From positions 37,431-101,430 of the forward strand of contig VGJV01000004.1 of NCBI GenBank assembly GCA_016867315.1: a stretch of 64,000 bases of DNA. Direction: 5' to 3'. Within the stretch, counting starts at the first letter, position 1. The number at the start of each line of letters is the position of its first letter. The DNA is from Candidatus Liptonbacteria bacterium. Lineage in GTDB: Bacteria; Patescibacteriota; Minisyncoccia; UBA6257; 2-01-FULL-56-20. A program made the position numbers and the translations under genes. This document shows positions 29,836 through 39,425 of the stretch, piece after piece. The notes under the pieces were generated by a model. It saw only the letters and a list, made by a program, of their open reading frames with translations, had not been told where the DNA came from and ran no database searches.

Positions 29836-30390
29836 TTACGCATCACATATATACACAAACGCCGGCGGAATGTTGAGCGGTACAAACCGCACACGGACAG
29901 ACCGAAAGCGCTTCCGGAGCAACCGCAAGGATATCAAACTGTACTGATATTGCACATACACCCCATCCGGAGCGAGGACGCGTGTCACTTCCTCCACCAG
30001 CCGTTCCTGCTCGGCCGGAGTAAAATTGGCAAGCGGGATGCTTGAAATGATGCAGTCAAACCGCTCCGTACGGTGCGCCGCGAGCGCAAACACGGAGAGA
30101 TTGAGCACCCGCACACGCGGGTCGGTGAACCGTTTCCGGAGCTCACGACAAAAGACGGGGTTAACTTCAACGACGGTGACCGATGCATCCGGCCGCATCC
30201 GCCGCACAATCCCCTCCGTCATACAACCGAGGCCGGCGCCGAGTTCCAGAATCTTCCGCGCAGGAGCAAGCGACGGAACCGCGAGCATCGTGCGCACCAA
30301 AAACGGGGAACTCGGAATCACAGAACCCACTTCCCTGCGGTTGCGGAGAAATTGACGCACAAAAAGACATGTTTCGGAAAGAAACTTCAT
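29836..30390 (-). CDS. SAM methyltransferase, phospholipid N-methyltransferase (PmtA)-like
   Basis: VGSVIPSSPFL, LELGAG, ISSIP, VQYQY, NIPPAFVY. Confidence 0.8.
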   Translation of the reverse strand: MKFLSETCLFVRQFLRNRREVGSVIPSSPFLVRTMLAVPSLAPARKILELGAGLGCMTEGIVRRMRPDASVTVVEVNPVFCRELRKRFTDPRVRVLNLSVFALAAHRTERFDCIISSIPLANFTPAEQERLVEEVTRVLAPDGVYVQYQYSLISLRLLRKRFRSVRVRFVPLNIPPAFVYICDA

Positions 30391-30554
30391 GAAGGAAACT
30401 TACTGCAAATATTTTCTTCCTGCGAGCGGGTCCGGAAGAATCCGGATGTCGGCGTGAAGGCGTTTTCGGGAGTTATACTTTTGCTTACAAAGTAATGATA
30501 CTAAATAAAATGATTTATTTCAATTCAGAAAAGAAAAGCCCGCTTTTGGCCTTA

Positions 30555-30642
30555 TCTGAATTCAAAACGGCTTGAATTTTCGGCAAAAAACGGCTGGCGA
30601 GCCCGCGCAGCGGGCGAGCCAATGACTTCATTTCCTAACTGG
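30555..30642 (+). mobile_element. Possible remnant of a tRNA-linked recombinase element end at tRNA-Ser
   Basis: GC hairpin, then frame ..SFPNW running antisense into the tRNA CCA end, like the other four tRNA-linked elements. Confidence 0.4.
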
Positions 30643-30729
30643 CGGAGGGTGGAGGATTCGAACCTCCGAAAGGATTGCTCCTTTATCGCATTTCAAGTGC
30701 GACGCATTCGGCCACTCTGCCAACCCTCC
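30640..30729 (-). tRNA. tRNA-Ser(TGA)
   Basis: Cloverleaf with long variable arm, anticodon loop CTTGAAA, GTTCGAATC, CCA encoded. Confidence 0.95.
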
Positions 30730-30948
30730 CTTGCCTCGCCGAAGTTATAACGAAGGCGGGCCTCGTCTCGCTCGCGTAGGCGGACTTGTCGCGATACTAG
30801 CACAAAAATAGCGAAAGCAGGAGGATGAGTCCTGAAAACATTCTCATATTCTTGCCTCGCCCGCCGAAGCTTTAACGAAGGAGGGAGAGTATGAGAATAT
30901 AAATTGAAAACCAAAACTTTTCATTTCGAACGTGATACAATGTCCGGA

Positions 30949-31878
30949 ATGGACGCCTTCTTTCCCTTATTACTCACGATCCTCGGCCTCTCGCTTTTTG
31001 AGATTGTCTCGAGTATCGACAACGCGGTTATTAACGCCGAAGTGTTGGGTACGATGTCGAAGCGGGGGAGGAGATGGTTTCTCCTTTGGGGATTTTTGTT
31101 TGCGGTGGTAATCGTCCGCGGGCTTCTCCCGTGGATTATTATTTGGGTGACGAGCCCCTCGCTTGGTCCCATCGGAGCGTTAACCGCCACCTTCTCGAAT
31201 GATCCAAAAGTTACCGAAGCCATAGAACACTCCGCCCCCATTCTCCTTGGAGGGGGAGGAATCTTCTTGGTATTTCTTTTTTTCCACTGGCTTTTTCTAG
31301 AACCCAAAAATTTTGGCCTCAAAGGGGAGCATTTCTTCTTTCGTAACAGCCTTTAGTTCTATGCGGTGGTCTCCGTGATTCTCACCGTGCTCGTCTGGTT
31401 TGCGATTAACCAAAATCCGTTGATGGCCTTCGGCATGGTAGTGGGCTCCACTGCCTTTTTCATTACGCACGGGTTTAAGCAAAATGCCGAATTAATGGAG
31501 GAAAAGCTCCTCCAAGGCCACGAGGGCGTGAAGTCAGACCTTTCGAAAATTCTCTATCTCGAAGTGATCGATGCTACATTTTCGATCGACGGCGTATTAG
31601 GAGCTTTTGCCTTCACCTTCTCCGTACCTCTCATTCTTTTAGGGAATGGCTTGGGTGCATTTGTGCTTCGGGAACTCACCATAAAAAACATTGAAACCGT
31701 AAAGAAATACAGATATTTGAAAAACGGCGCCATGTACGCGATCTTGGCTTTGGGACTCATCATGCTCGCCGATTCTTTCGGAATGCACTTGCCTCATTGG
31801 CTCTCTCCCGTGGCCACTTTCTTCATTATCGGCTACTTCTATTTCCGCTCCGTGCGCGAATTGAGGCAGTCCGCATAA
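30949..31878 (+). pseudogene. DUF475/TerC-like membrane protein interrupted by in-frame TAG (31354-31356)
   Basis: SIDNAVINA and LEVIDATFSIDGV motifs in one frame across the TAG (..NSL*FYAVVS..). Confidence 0.75.
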
Positions 31879-31964
31879 GGAAAGGGAATGCTTAAAAGAA
31901 AAGGGAAAAAAATATACACAATTGCGTGTTCCCTCATTTGTTACACTGATAGTCAATAGCTCAC

Positions 31965-32234
31965 ATGAGCCGCTCACTGCGCACGGGGATAGTAGTGGGA
32001 GTAATTATAGTGGTACTCGTATTAGGCGTCGCCTATTACTCTGGATTTATGGGTGGCACAAGTTCCACCGCCGAAGACCAAGCGGCAAAAGCGGCAGCCG
32101 AGAAAGAAGTACTGGCAAATACCGCCGCGGAACAAGCCGCGAAAGAAGCCAATCCTTTTGAAACGACGGTAAATCCATTGGAGAAAGTCGCGGATCCGCT
32201 CCAAAAAACCAAAGAAGTACTTAATCCCTTCTGA
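31965..32234 (+). CDS. Small membrane-anchored hypothetical protein
   Basis: N-terminal TM, NPF repeats; coupled to the next ORF. Confidence 0.7.
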   Translation: MSRSLRTGIVVGVIIVVLVLGVAYYSGFMGGTSSTAEDQAAKAAAEKEVLANTAAEQAAKEANPFETTVNPLEKVADPLQKTKEVLNPF

Positions 32235-33289
32235 TGAAGCGCCTCCTTATTGCGGCAAGCTTTCTTTTCATAGTGAGCGTGACGTACGCTCAAACCCCTG
32301 CAACTCCCGCCGAAAACCTCCAAAAAGCTCTGGAGGAGGTGAGTATGCTGGTGGGGAAATCCATCACGTCTCCCGCGGAAGCGAAGATAGTTTGTAACGC
32401 AGAAAAATTTTTGAACGCGTGCGCCCAAATCGGTAAAAAGTACAGTCTTTATGCGCCTCAAGAGCTCAAAAAGGTAGACGTCCTCCTCGAAGAAATCAAA
32501 GGGAATGTCTCAAAAACTCTGGAGAGCTGCGTGACCGATGATTGCGTACTCAAAGTCGCCGAAGAACTTACCACGCGGGTAACAAAAAAGAACCCGAAGT
32601 TAGCTGAAGAGCTCGATCTCACGAAAAAGAAAGTAACGGAACAGAAGGAAATAGCAAAAGCTGCGAAAGAAGTGGGGGTGGATATGAAAGTGTGTAGGGA
32701 AATGGACCCCGATGCTGCGCCTGTTGACATGCTTCGTGCGTGTGCAAAATTGGCGAAGCACCCCAAGGTGCAGGTGGCGATCCCTGAAGAAGTAAAAAGG
32801 GGAGTGGCATCTATCGATAAAACGGTAGAGTTAAAAGAAGCCCTTGCGAGAGGCGCAATTCAATGCGGCGACAATACGATCGAAGGGTGTGGCACATTTT
32901 GTTTGAAGCCCGCCGCAGGTGCTCGAGCACAAGGAATTCCCGCGGTGTGCTATGAGATTGCCAAAACCTACTTCGGCGAAGAAGGAGTCCGTACGCTTGA
33001 AGAGGCCTATAAAGGAGTAGAGGAAGCTGTAGATCGTTGTCGCGCGAATCCGGAGCAATGCGCAAAAGAAATTCAGCCGGAACCTAAAGTACCGGTGATA
33101 GTTCCTCTCCCTGAATCTCCCAAGACACCGAAGCTACCCGAACCTAAAGAGCCAGTAGCGTGTCCTACAGTAATGCCGCGCACCGCCCCTTGTCTTCCTG
33201 GCCAGACGCTCAAAAAGGAAGTGCTGCCGAACGGGTGTATCTCGGTGGGAACTTGTGAAGGCTCAATTCCCAGTGAAAATCGGGGGTAA
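32234..33289 (+). CDS. Secreted Cys-rich protein (probable N-terminal part of a larger gene)
   Basis: Signal peptide, many Cys, Pro-rich linker; overlaps next ORF by 35 nt. Confidence 0.7.
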   Translation: MKRLLIAASFLFIVSVTYAQTPATPAENLQKALEEVSMLVGKSITSPAEAKIVCNAEKFLNACAQIGKKYSLYAPQELKKVDVLLEEIKGNVSKTLESCVTDDCVLKVAEELTTRVTKKNPKLAEELDLTKKKVTEQKEIAKAAKEVGVDMKVCREMDPDAAPVDMLRACAKLAKHPKVQVAIPEEVKRGVASIDKTVELKEALARGAIQCGDNTIEGCGTFCLKPAAGARAQGIPAVCYEIAKTYFGEEGVRTLEEAYKGVEEAVDRCRANPEQCAKEIQPEPKVPVIVPLPESPKTPKLPEPKEPVACPTVMPRTAPCLPGQTLKKEVLPNGCISVGTCEGSIPSENRG

Positions 33290-35579
33290 GTCTTTCGCGG
33301 GATTGTCCGAAGCCATAGAAGGATGCAAAGTCATATTTAAAGGATCGACACTCGCTAATGCCGAGATCACGGAGACCGACCGGTACTGGTGTGGAGATAT
33401 AGTGAGTGTTTCTGCGCGTGGGACGCCCATCTCACAACCCAAGCCTCCGACGGTGTGTCCCGCGTTGCCCACTGTAGAGTCGTGTCCCGCAGGACAGAAA
33501 AAGGAGGTATCGTACAGCTCCCCCGAATGCGGTGAGTACTATACCTGCGTAGCCGAAAAGCCGCTTCCTACCCCCACCTCTACAAAACCGAGAGTATGCC
33601 CGGCATTGCCCACCGTAACCTCCTGTCCCGCGGGTACCACGAAAGTCCTTTCGTACAGTTCTCCGGAATGCGGCGAATATTACCGCTGTGTCTCCGATAC
33701 AGAGCCGGTGAGAGCTACAACTACCGCAAGCTCTACATGGGACAAGCCTCCAGCGGGGCAAAAGGAACAAATTTGGAACTCGCTGGGGCTCCGTTCCTGG
33801 ATACGCGTGGATGCGGACGTGAAACGCATCGAAGAAGTGAAACAATATTGTGCAAATGTGACTTCGAATTCCAACGTGTGGCTGCCGAAGGCGGGGGAAT
33901 ATGCAAGCGCAGACTTCGGCATGCCGGATCTCGCGAAATGTAAGCAAGCCAGTGCCTGTAAATCCAGTGAATACTGGAATGGCAGTTCCTGCGCCGCCGG
34001 GTGGGATTCACCCGGAACTACTTCTTCTACGTGGAATTCTTCGAGTACCTGGAACACTGAGTGCGAGCGAGCTGGGGGCACATGGGAAAAAGCAATGGGG
34101 TATTGTCGTATGCCGAACGCCTCTAGTACGAGAGCGATGGAAAAGCCCAGTGCGCCCGTGGAACTTTCCGCTACTGTAGCCGGCTCGGGAGTGACGCTTC
34201 AGTGGAATGATACCGGGACTTCTGAGGCCGAATTTAAAGTATGGCGGCGGGTGAAAGGAGGAGAGTGGATTTCTCATGACGCATTTCCCTCTCCCAAAAG
34301 TATGGCAACAGGAACCGTCTACTACAGCGATTCTAATGTGACAGCGGACTTTGTAGATTACAAAGTGCAGGCCTGCAATTATGGTGGATGTTCTGCCGAA
34401 TCGAATACCGTTTCGATAACGTTAGCGATAGGTGGGGGAGGTCTCGTGTGTCCTCCTGTAGTCGGTGCACTTTTAGGAAACGGCTGTCACGGAGTGGGAG
34501 ATGCCTGGTTTGACGGATATTCAGTGAACTACGTAATAGGGACAAGTACTCAAATTAAAAATTGTAATAGTACGTATGTAGCAGGTTGTGCCGCAGTCGC
34601 GACGAAAACGTATGATACGTCGCAGTCATGCCCGCCGGGACAATATTGGAGCGGCACCTCTTGTGCAGTTTCCTCCTCCTCTTCTTCCACGATGAGCACG
34701 CAAGGCGGTGTGTATACTCCTGCCGCGGGGCAAAAAGAGCAGGTTTGGAATTCTGCGGGCTTTCGCTCGTGGATTAGAGCCGACGCCGACCCCGCTCGTA
34801 TTGAGCAGGTGAGGGCTGCGTGTGCGAGCACTCCCATGAGTGCAAATGTGTGGTCATCCACTGCGGGGAATGCTTCAAGTTCAGACTTCGGGATGCCCGA
34901 TCCCGCAAAGTGTACGGCAGCGGCAAATTGCGGCTCGGGAGCCTACTTCAATGGCACGGGGTGTACCTCTTACACCACCCCCACCTATACCGGGGGAAGT
35001 ACGTATACGGGAACTAGTAGTTCGACCGCCGGGTTTAACACCCAATCCGGGTGTGCCGCGGCGGGAGGCACGTGGAGCGGCACAAATTGTTCTTGTCCGT
35101 CGGGAATGGCCTATAATGGTACTTCTTGCGCGGCGGGCACCTGGAGTTCGGGCAGTACGAATTACAGCTCGATGCAAAGCGGTTGTGCCACAGCGGGGGG
35201 TACCTGGAATAGCGCGTCCAATTATTGCCAAATGCCGGGAAGTAGTTCTTTGAGCTATTATTCGGGCTCAAACACGTATGACTACTCAAGCATGCAGGCA
35301 GGGTGTACATCTGCCGGTGGTACCTGGACGGGCACCTACTGCAACATGCCTTCGAGCGGAAATTGGAGTTCCGGCAGTATGAACAGTTTCAATACGGAAT
35401 CCGGCTGCGCTTCTGCCGGGGGCACGTGGAGCGGCACCTATTGCTCGTGTCCTTCGGGTAAGTGGTACAACGGCACCTCGTGCGTGACTTCGGCGGCGCC
35501 TAAGAAATCTTTCTTGGCAAATATTGGCGACAATCTCGATGGCTTCAGGCAGTTCGTGTGGAACCTCTTCGGGAGATAG
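33255..35579 (+). CDS. Large Cys/Ser/Thr/Gly-rich repeat surface protein with FN3-like domain
   Basis: Two CPALPTV..CPAG..SPECGEYY.C repeats, two GQKEQ.WNS.G.RSWIR..DFGMPD repeats, five C..AGGTW repeats, FN3-like VTLQW...YKVQACN. Confidence 0.75.
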   Translation: MKAQFPVKIGGKSFAGLSEAIEGCKVIFKGSTLANAEITETDRYWCGDIVSVSARGTPISQPKPPTVCPALPTVESCPAGQKKEVSYSSPECGEYYTCVAEKPLPTPTSTKPRVCPALPTVTSCPAGTTKVLSYSSPECGEYYRCVSDTEPVRATTTASSTWDKPPAGQKEQIWNSLGLRSWIRVDADVKRIEEVKQYCANVTSNSNVWLPKAGEYASADFGMPDLAKCKQASACKSSEYWNGSSCAAGWDSPGTTSSTWNSSSTWNTECERAGGTWEKAMGYCRMPNASSTRAMEKPSAPVELSATVAGSGVTLQWNDTGTSEAEFKVWRRVKGGEWISHDAFPSPKSMATGTVYYSDSNVTADFVDYKVQACNYGGCSAESNTVSITLAIGGGGLVCPPVVGALLGNGCHGVGDAWFDGYSVNYVIGTSTQIKNCNSTYVAGCAAVATKTYDTSQSCPPGQYWSGTSCAVSSSSSSTMSTQGGVYTPAAGQKEQVWNSAGFRSWIRADADPARIEQVRAACASTPMSANVWSSTAGNASSSDFGMPDPAKCTAAANCGSGAYFNGTGCTSYTTPTYTGGSTYTGTSSSTAGFNTQSGCAAAGGTWSGTNCSCPSGMAYNGTSCAAGTWSSGSTNYSSMQSGCATAGGTWNSASNYCQMPGSSSLSYYSGSNTYDYSSMQAGCTSAGGTWTGTYCNMPSSGNWSSGSMNSFNTESGCASAGGTWSGTYCSCPSGKWYNGTSCVTSAAPKKSFLANIGDNLDGFRQFVWNLFGR

Positions 35580-35669
35580 CCTTGTGTAGAGCTCTCGCTC
35601 GAGCGGAATGAATATGATATATTCATTCCGCTCCTTATTTGTTTGCTATACTCACTCTGCTCCTCGTTA

Positions 35670-35740
35670 GGGCCTATAGTTTAGTGGTAAAACACCTCAT
35701 TTGCAATGAGGAGATGGCAGTTCGATTCTGCCTAGGTCCA
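35670..35740 (+). tRNA. tRNA-Ala(TGC)
   Basis: GGGCCTA acceptor with G3-U70, anticodon loop TTTGCAA, GTTCGATTC. Confidence 0.93.
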
Positions 35741-35788
35741 CATACCACAATACTCATCCGACAACGCCACAGATTATTTAACTTAAAA

Positions 35789-36238
35789 GTGCCGAAGGGC
35801 ATTAAGATGGCCTACATTTGGGGTAAGGGCATCGGGGTACTTGCCGATAAGAATTTTAAGAGCGGCGAAACGGCGATCCATTTCCGCGCCGACACGGTCC
35901 CGAATTCCAAAGCGAGTCCCGAAGCGGTGCGTATCGATGAAAAGTGGAGCTACGACACCAAGTGGCTCACTGCCGAAGCTTTTATGAATCACAGCTGTGA
36001 TCCGAATACGAAATTGGATGTGGCGAAGAAAAGCTACGTGGCGATTAAGCCAATCAAGAAGAATGAGGAACTTACCTTCAACTACAACACGACTGAATGG
36101 GAATCGAGCGGGTTCGAATGTGCGTGCGGATCTAAGAAGTGTTACGGAGCGGTGAAAGGGCTAAAGCATCTCTCCCGAAAGAGACAAGAGGAGTTAAAAC
36201 CGTATCTCTTGCCCTTCTTGCGCAAGAAACTGAAGTAA
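35789..36238 (+). CDS. SET-domain protein with post-SET motif
   Basis: GKGIGV, NHSCDPN, EELTFNY, CACGSKKC; start placed downstream of the tRNA. Confidence 0.88.
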   Translation: MPKGIKMAYIWGKGIGVLADKNFKSGETAIHFRADTVPNSKASPEAVRIDEKWSYDTKWLTAEAFMNHSCDPNTKLDVAKKSYVAIKPIKKNEELTFNYNTTEWESSGFECACGSKKCYGAVKGLKHLSRKRQEELKPYLLPFLRKKLK

Positions 36239-36258
36239 TAAATAATTCAATTAAATCT

Positions 36259-36576
36259 ATGAAGAATTCTCCAAATTGGTTCAAAAGTTTGCTAAGCGCC
36301 GCGGGAGTATTTGTGTATGTGTCTCTAGTAGCGTTGTTTCTCTCTCGTGCAGAAAAAATGTTCGGCGCCGAAGACACCTTCCTTATGCCGATATTCATGT
36401 TGCTCCTCTTTGTGGTGTCGGCCTCGATCACCGGCCTTTTGGTGCTCGGCGGTCCCACCCATCGTTATTTGAGCGGACATAAAAAAGAAGCCTTTACTTT
36501 GCTCTTCTCGACACTTGGTTGGTTAGTGGTATTCCTCATAATCGTAGCAGTGGCCCTCGGCGTATTTGCGCGATAG
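36259..36576 (+). CDS. Small 3-TM membrane protein
   Basis: Three hydrophobic segments; LLLFVVSASITGLLVLG. Confidence 0.7.
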   Translation: MKNSPNWFKSLLSAAGVFVYVSLVALFLSRAEKMFGAEDTFLMPIFMLLLFVVSASITGLLVLGGPTHRYLSGHKKEAFTLLFSTLGWLVVFLIIVAVALGVFAR

Positions 36577-36630
36577 GGCTAACTAAATAACTTAATATTT
36601 TCATCACCTGCTTCATGCTCAAAATGAAGT

Positions 36631-37188
36631 ATGGCGACGTCTTGGCAGAAAGATATAAAAGAAAAAGCCCGCGCGCCGCTCAAAGGCAACCTAGAGGCAG
36701 AGGTGATTATTTTGGGTGGGGGAATCACCGGCACGGTAAGCGCCTATTTGCTCGCGAATGAAGGCAAAAGGGTAATCCTTCTTGAGGCCGAAACTTTCGA
36801 TAAGAAAGGCGCTACGCCGGATACGACCGCGTTCATCACGCATGTGATCGACACCGCGTTGCCGGAACTGGTAAAACTTTTTGGCAGAGAAAAGGCCAAG
36901 GGAGTATGGGAGGCCGGCAAACAAGCGGTAGAGAAGATTGAGGACATCGTAAAAAAAGAAAAAATTGATTGTGAATTCACTCGAGTCCCGCAATACGAAT
37001 ACGCCCTCTCCAAAGGGGAGCTCAAGGAGATCAAGGAAGAAGTGAAGCTCGCGAAAGAATTTGGGTTTGAGGCGGAACTCCGAACCGGTGCCCCGCTGCT
37101 TTTTGCTGGACATAACCTAACACAAAAATTGAAACAGGTCAACATATTCGTGCCCTCGGAGGGAATTGAACCCCCATCTCTTCCTTAG
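36631..37188 (+). pseudogene. Truncated FAD-dependent oxidoreductase (DAO/PuuB-like N-terminal part)
   Basis: IILGGGITG FAD motif; only 185 aa; tail runs antisense into tRNA-Arg. Confidence 0.7.
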
Positions 37189-37222
37189 GACGGAATAGCT
37201 CTATCCGTTGAGCTACGAGGGC
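37151..37222 (-). tRNA. tRNA-Arg(CCT)
   Basis: GCCCTCG acceptor stem, anticodon loop GTCCTAA, GGTTCAATTCC. Confidence 0.92.
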
Positions 37223-37293
37223 AGACAAACGAAGCGTAGCGTGAGGCGGTGTGGGTTGCAAGCGAACTACTCCTCGCCTAATATTACTCCCAC

Positions 37294-37367
37294 GGGCCTA
37301 TAGTAAAACGGTATTACGCGCCCATGGCATGGGCGAGGTCGGGGTTCGATTCCCCGTAGGTCCACCA
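37294..37367 (+). tRNA. tRNA-Ala(GGC)
   Basis: GGGCCTA acceptor, CGCCC-ATGGCAT-GGGCG anticodon arm, GTTCGATTC, ACCA. Confidence 0.93.
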
Positions 37368-38870
37368 AATTTGATTTGCTTCCGAATTGACCGCGCCCGC
37401 GCCAAAGGCGTGGGCTTGGGCTGGCATTTCCGCCAAGAAATTCCAAGGGTTTTTGAATTCCGCCAAAAGCATTCCCGCCGCGAGGCGGCGGTTCGAGCCG
37501 ATGGAAACAAGAAAATCTCTCATACCTGAGAGGTTTTCTTGTTTAGTGAGATTCAGGGCTTGGTTGGCTTCAATAATCCAGTTTCGCATGAGTTCGAGCC
37601 AATGATTGCCCTTGCGCTCAAAATCAGACAATCTCTCTTCCATTGTCTTCTTCTCTGCCATTAGAACATTCTTGCGTTCTTGATATTCCGCCAACTCCAA
37701 CGCTTCGGCTAAATATGCGTCCGTTAGCCGTTCCAGCTTTTCTTTAATGGCGGAAATACTATCGCGGAGATTTTGAGCGAAAAGGTTAGATGAGTGGCGG
37801 GATTCCGATTGCTCGCTTTCAAGGCGAGCAAGATATTTTTCCCGCCACTCATCGGGCAAAGAAACTTTTTGACAAAGATTTTTCACTTGTTCAGTTAGCA
37901 CTTCTTCACGCAAAAAGCGATTTTCAGTACAAGAAATAGTTTTGCTCTTGTGGGTGCAACGATAGTAAATAAATTTCAAACCACTTTTCTTTATGTGTCG
38001 CTCGGCGGTAATCGCGTATCCACATATCCCACAAGTAGCAAAACCTAAAAACTGAAAATTCTTAGGTCCTCGCTTTTTGCGGGGCTTTCCATTAGCGACA
38101 AGTGCGCTTTGGATTTGATCAAAAAGTTTCTTTGAAATCATTGGCTTATGCGATCCGGCATGCACCTCGCCACGATATTCAAAATGGCCGTAGTAAAAGG
38201 GATTGGTTAAAATATGTTCAACGGAGGCAAGGGCGAGGGGCTTGCCGGTCTTGCCAACCAAGCCGAGAGAAAACATTTTGCGCTGAATACCAGTGAGCGT
38301 AAATTGTCCTGTAGCAAAAGCCTCCAAACCCTCTTTTACTTTACGAAACGTCTTTTTATCAGGTTCAATCGTGCGAAGCCTCGGTTCGTTAAAATAACCG
38401 ATTGGAGCTTTTGCCGATAATTCACCACGGCGTATCTTTTGCCGAATACCGCGCAAAATGTTTTCTCTTAAATTGTCGGTGTAATATTTTGCCTGTCCGA
38501 AGGCAACGCTCAACATAAACTTCCCTTGTGGTGTCGCTTCAAACCAAAATGTCGGGAATTTTAGCGCAACAATTTTTTGAGTATCCACAAAATAGATAAC
38601 CTTGCCACCGTCAATCGAATTTCTCGCCAAACGATCTGGATTCCACGCTAAGATTCCCGACGCAACACCTTTTTCAATTTCGCCAAGCATTTCGTTAAAT
38701 ACTTCACGACCAGGCTCTTTTGCCGTCTTGCTCTCGTAATACTCACGGACGATAAATAACCCCTGTTGCTTGGCGTATTCCCGAAGCTCCGTCAGTTGCG
38801 CCTCAATACTCAAAACTTGGCGTTCTTCGTCCTCTGATGATTTCCTGCAATAGATAAAATATTTGACCAT
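37314..38870 (-). CDS. Large serine recombinase (integrase), C-terminus encoded antisense to tRNA-Ala
   Basis: YCRKSSE catalytic Ser, DRLARN, recombinase domain, Zn ribbon C..C...YYRC, coiled coil; last 17 codons overlap the tRNA. Confidence 0.95.
   Translation of the reverse strand: MVKYFIYCRKSSEDEERQVLSIEAQLTELREYAKQQGLFIVREYYESKTAKEPGREVFNEMLGEIEKGVASGILAWNPDRLARNSIDGGKVIYFVDTQKIVALKFPTFWFEATPQGKFMLSVAFGQAKYYTDNLRENILRGIRQKIRRGELSAKAPIGYFNEPRLRTIEPDKKTFRKVKEGLEAFATGQFTLTGIQRKMFSLGLVGKTGKPLALASVEHILTNPFYYGHFEYRGEVHAGSHKPMISKKLFDQIQSALVANGKPRKKRGPKNFQFLGFATCGICGYAITAERHIKKSGLKFIYYRCTHKSKTISCTENRFLREEVLTEQVKNLCQKVSLPDEWREKYLARLESEQSESRHSSNLFAQNLRDSISAIKEKLERLTDAYLAEALELAEYQERKNVLMAEKKTMEERLSDFERKGNHWLELMRNWIIEANQALNLTKQENLSGMRDFLVSIGSNRRLAAGMLLAEFKNPWNFLAEMPAQAHAFGAGAVNSEANQIWWTYGESNPDLAHAMGA
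37362..37494. repeat. 133-bp perfect inverted repeat, left arm
   Basis: Reverse complement of 38974-39106. Confidence 0.92.
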
Positions 38871-38973
38871 AGCTTCGGGAATTAAATTGATAAAAGGTGT
38901 TGCCTTACACCGACAATTTCTAATCTCACCGCATCGGCTCCTGTGCGAAGCACAGAACAAGCGTTAGCTTGTG

Positions 38974-39106
38974 GAACCGCCGCCTCGCGGCGGGAATGCT
39001 TTTGGCGGAATTCAAAAACCCTTGGAATTTCTTGGCGGAAATGCCAGCCCAAGCCCACGCCTTTGGCGCGGGCGCGGTCAATTCGGAAGCAAATCAAATT
39101 TGGTGG
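38974..39106. repeat. 133-bp perfect inverted repeat, right arm
   Basis: Encodes the same NRRLAAGMLLAEFKNPW...QIWW peptide, then continues CLFEKVRTHFEQNPD*. Confidence 0.92.
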
Positions 39107-39425
39107 TGTTTGTTTGAAAAAGTCAGAACCCATTTCGAGCAGAATCCCGACTAATGTGGCACGCGCGGAGCGCGTGGTGGCTCTGAACTGAATCGTACGC
39201 TCCGATTGCGCCTCGGGCGCGCTCGCGGACTCGCGCGGGCAAAACCCAAAAATTTTCCTTCCTTTCTGATTTAATTCGGCGGGGGGTGTGGGGGGAGCCG
39301 ACAAAAAATGGAAAGGAAATTTTTGGTTTTGCTTCGCCGCTTCCATATTGAGAATATCTACAAATTTTGCTATCATAGTATTGTAGTTAGTATATCACAA
39401 ATAATGCTAGCAATGTATTGAAACT

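Noticed and set aside
31354-31356. Genome-wide stop-codon reassignment (TAG or TGA)
   Set aside because: TAG and TGA end conserved genes at expected positions (tkt, metG and rpmG use TAG; leuS and rsmH use TGA); this is a single isolated case.
33432-35310. Many overlapping alternative-frame and antisense ORFs here and across the window
   Set aside because: They are shadows of well-supported genes with no recognisable motifs.
35639-35788. N-terminal ORF extensions overlapping tRNAs (also 42899, 44230, 52733-53023, 30693-30914)
   Set aside because: Artefacts of longest-ORF calling across tRNA genes; downstream starts fit the protein families better.
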